A DNA stretch of 51,862 nucleotides, filler included, from Dirinaria sp. TL-2023a (taxonomy: Eukaryota): assembly GCA_051941275.1 (NCBI GenBank). It is 3 parts of 3 records of this genome, joined end to end, with 100 filler letters (N's around TTAATTAATTAA, not from the genome) between each part and the next. Parts side by side here need not be neighbours in the genome. Positions count along the whole stretch, not along the records: positions 34,653 to 51,862 come from JAVEBF010000443.1; 2 more parts are not named here. The stretch is one strand, 5' to 3'. The notes below the pieces were generated by a model. It was not told the DNA's origin. It worked only from the letters and a program-made list of their open reading frames with translations, and did no database searches. Every line of letters begins with the position of its first letter. Position 1 is the stretch's first letter. This document shows, in pieces, positions 48,846 to 51,862 of the stretch. A program made the position numbers and the translations under genes.

Positions 48846-49960
48846 ATGGTGCAGAAGAAAACTGTAGTAGTATTCGGTGCGACCGGCAATCAAGGCGGTT
48901 CTGTCATCAAGTCCATCCTTGGAGATCCTAAGACCGCCGAGGAGTTCAAGATCCGCGGCATCACCCGCGACACTTCGAAGCCTAATGCCAAAGCTCTGGA
49001 AGCTAAAGGTGTCGAGACGGTAGCCGCAGATATCAACTCGAAGGACCAGATGAAGGCTGCTTTTCAGGGTGCTTATGCCGTCTTCGCTGTGACCAATTAC
49101 TGGGAGAAGATGGATGCCCCGCTCGAGAAGCAGCAGGGTCAAAACATCGCCGACCTTGCGAAGGTATGTCATTTTTGATGGGACATGCTACTCCCGCCCC
49201 ACGATAGACTGATCTAGGCTTTGGTTGGATGCAGGAAGCTGGCGTTCAGCATCTCATTTGGTCTTCCCTTTACGATGTCAACGAGCTTACGAACGGTAAA
49301 TTTCCAAACGTAGAGCACTTTGACTCTAAAGCTGCCGTGGAGCAGTATATTCGTGATATTGGTGTCCCGGCGACCTTTTTCATGCCTGGGTTCTTCATGT
49401 CCAATTTTGAAACGATGATAAATCAATTCTCACCAAATAAGGACTGGACCCTGGCATTACCCATGCCACCCGATACTCCAATCCCGTGCCTCGATACTGG
49501 GGATGACACGGGCAAGTTCGTGAAAGGGATCCTTACTCACCGTGATACTACGCTCGGAAAGCGAATTTTGGCTTCGACGGACTACTATACGCCGGCGGAG
49601 ATCATCTCTCTGTTCAAGGAACTTTTCCCCAGGGCTGGCGCCAACGCTAAGTTTGTACAACCGTCGAAGGACGAATACAAGGCTGCTTTAGCGGCAGCGG
49701 GAATGCCTCCGAAGGCCCAAGAGGAGCTATACGAGAACATGGCATTCATGAACGAATTTGGCTATTATGGGAAGTCCTCGCTTGAGGAGAGCCACTCGGT
49801 CAGTTCAAAATCACCCGATAGGCATGGCATCGCAAAGACTCAAACTTTCAATTCATGAACCATGCCACCAGTACTAATCGTTCACTAGATCCTTGACGAA
49901 AAACTTACAACCTTCAAGGAATTCTTGGCCAAAGCCAAAGCATTCAAAAACCTCCAATAA
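48846..49960 (+). CDS. NmrA-like NAD(P)-binding Rossmann-fold protein (3 exons)
   Basis: VFGATGNQGGSV, ITRD, GAYAVFAVTNYWE, HFDSKAAVEQYIR, PGFFMSN, DTGKFV. Confidence 0.92.
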
Positions 49961-51144
49961 TTACGGATGCACCGTCATGGTGGCGAAAGGCCAATACCTC
50001 AACAGCGTCGCATGAATAATGTTGCATGAAGGTTTGCGTCCTTTACAGACTGGTTTCTTGAAGCCGAAAGTTCGCTCGTCATGCTACTGTGACTCAGTAT
50101 CTCGTTGACATGTTACACTCACGGCCTCTTCATATTTTTCTGATGATGTTCGCTTACATATGCGTGGAACAACGTATCCTATGTCTATCCTTAGTCTTAT
50201 ATATCGCTTCCTAGTACTGGATTGCTCCACCTTGCTTCAACTCGTGTGGCCTCAAATTTCGATATAATTGACTTCTTTTCGATGGGAAGAATTGGGAGTG
50301 CTCTACTGCTTTTTCCCCCCTTTCTTTTTTTCCTTTTGAAAACTTTAGCTGGACTTGAGATCGCTTTACAACTTTCCTTGAATATCGAGTCATATTCGCT
50401 GAGGCCTGCGCCACCCCAGGCCCAAACGTCTTCTCTGCAGCGGCATGATAGTAAAGAGCTGCCATCATTCCTTCAGGTGGCAACCCCACAACTGTCACGA
50501 TTCAAAGATGGGCACGCATTGGCTATCGAAACCTGGGACGCGCAGTTTTAGTAGAGGTCCTACCGTGGAAGCGCATTATGACGTGTCTGCGAAATATGCT
50601 ACCTTTTCAATCGAACAAAACTTCCTTTAGCATCTGATGATAGCATCTCAAAGCCCGGACTCTTCTCCTAGCCAGCCTAAAAACCATCACGAAGTGAGAA
50701 ACTAACCCCAGGCAGACAATGGTGGTCCTAATCTGAGCCCACCCATCACTTAGGGTCTCCAACAACGAAAGGCCCTGCAATGCACGCTATTCTCTGTCTT
50801 GTACGAAAATATGTTTGGCACCTGGTATTAGTATGAATCAGGCTGCCTTTGGTCTTTGCTTTCATTTGGACCTCTTTCCTTATAAGGGTTTCAAGTATGG
50901 CATCTCATATATTCTCTACTCATCACGCAGCTTGAACCGCCATGCCTGAGCAGTCCAGGAATAGTCCCTGGCTTAGGGAAATTCCATCCCAAATCTTTTC
51001 AAGTCGACCCGTTGGCGACAGACAGCATTGGAGCTCGATCTTGAAATACCCGGAATCGAGACCCCCCTCCTTGCCTTCAATCAATACTCCAAACTCATCA
51101 ATCCAATCCAATCCAATATAAACCCGTTCCAAGCGGCTTCTGCC

Positions 51145-51173
51145 AAAAAAAAAAAAAAAAAAAAAAAAAAAAA
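51145..51173 (+). repeat. Poly-A tract (~29 nt)
   Basis: Seen directly. Confidence 0.9.
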
Positions 51174-51705
51174 CAGAGTTCGGATCCTCCCAACCGATCG
51201 ATCCAGCTAAAGAAGGCAGCGCATAATAAATCGCTCGCCTCACACGAGCGCATATATCTCGCGCACAGTATGATACACGACGGCCAACCCGGATTCCAAC
51301 CTCGTCAAACTACAGTACTGTATGTACTTTGCCGCCGGATCCGGTACCGGTAGAAAAGGGATCTCTTTCTCGAAAAGGAAAGGGGAGGAGGAGGGGGGTC
51401 CGTTCGCGTTTCATAAGTCCCGATTTTTTTTGATTTTTTTTTTTGCGATGCCGTCATTATTTATCCGTACTACTTTACAGTATATCCTCAAACAAAAGGG
51501 AACAAGGAAAAAGTATAGAAAGGTGGCTTTACACGCACAGATGCGCGCGCAAAGTAGATTTCTGTTCGAGGATCGAAGGCATCCCCGCTTCTTCGTTTTA
51601 TGTCATTGTTTTTGAATTTTATTTCTTTTGTTTAGTTTTGTCTTTCTTTCTTTTTTTTTTTGGGAGTCTCTATTATGTACACAGATGTCCTATATAATAG
51701 AAAAC

Positions 51706-51862
51706 ATGATAAGTCGAATCTCCGCCTGCGCATCTCTGCTGCATGTCTTCATCTCGTTCGCGTCGTCGGCGGTCCTAGTTCTTCCCTTGAACCTCAACCC
51801 ATCACCACCACCTACGGCGGCAACCTCAACTCACAAGAACATCTCCACGCCGCTCACACCTG
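51706..51862 (+). CDS. Possible 5' end of a secreted protein, cut by the window end
   Basis: AAACATG start context, frame open to the end: MISRISACASLLHVFISFASSAVLVLPLNLNPSPPPTAATSTHKNISTPLTP. Signal-peptide-like start followed by a Pro/Thr-rich segment with an NIS sequon. Confidence 0.4.
   Translation, partial: MISRISACASLLHVFISFASSAVLVLPLNLNPSPPPTAATSTHKNISTPLTP

Noticed and set aside
50211..51697. Several 60-110 aa ORFs downstream of the NmrA-like gene
   Set aside because: They run through homopolymers and lack protein-like features, so they are likely non-coding.

Overview
This is eukaryotic, intron-containing filamentous ascomycete (Pezizomycotina) DNA, and it is not one locus. It consists of three contigs of descending size (1-17233, 17334-34552, 34653-51862; 17233/17219/17210 bp) joined by identical 100-bp artificial linkers (44N-TTAATTAATTAA-44N), so adjacency across the gaps carries no biological meaning. 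Contig A holds a heavily mutated Tad1-like LINE (RT-RNase H-Zn knuckle) with an unusual CpC-biased RIP-like signature. It is followed by an apparently intact module with no backbone enzyme: two CYP7/8-like P450s, a PTH11-like rhodopsin-domain membrane protein and a PDR ABC transporter. Contig B holds a secondary-metabolite cluster: HR-PKS (KS-AT-DH-cMT-ER-KR-ACP), a P450, an uncharacterised protein and an MFS transporter. Every gene there shows apparent inactivating or suspicious lesions, so the cluster appears to be decaying. Contig C is a compact housekeeping block: TMEM42-like, EXO84, TOM20, a large low-complexity protein resembling PRRC2/BAT2, NOP53, YPT6/RAB6, KEI1 and an NmrA-like gene. 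A 13-14 bp motif, (G)CTAATGTAGGTAG, recurs in three divergent promoters. Gene models were spliced by eye and boundaries are approximate.
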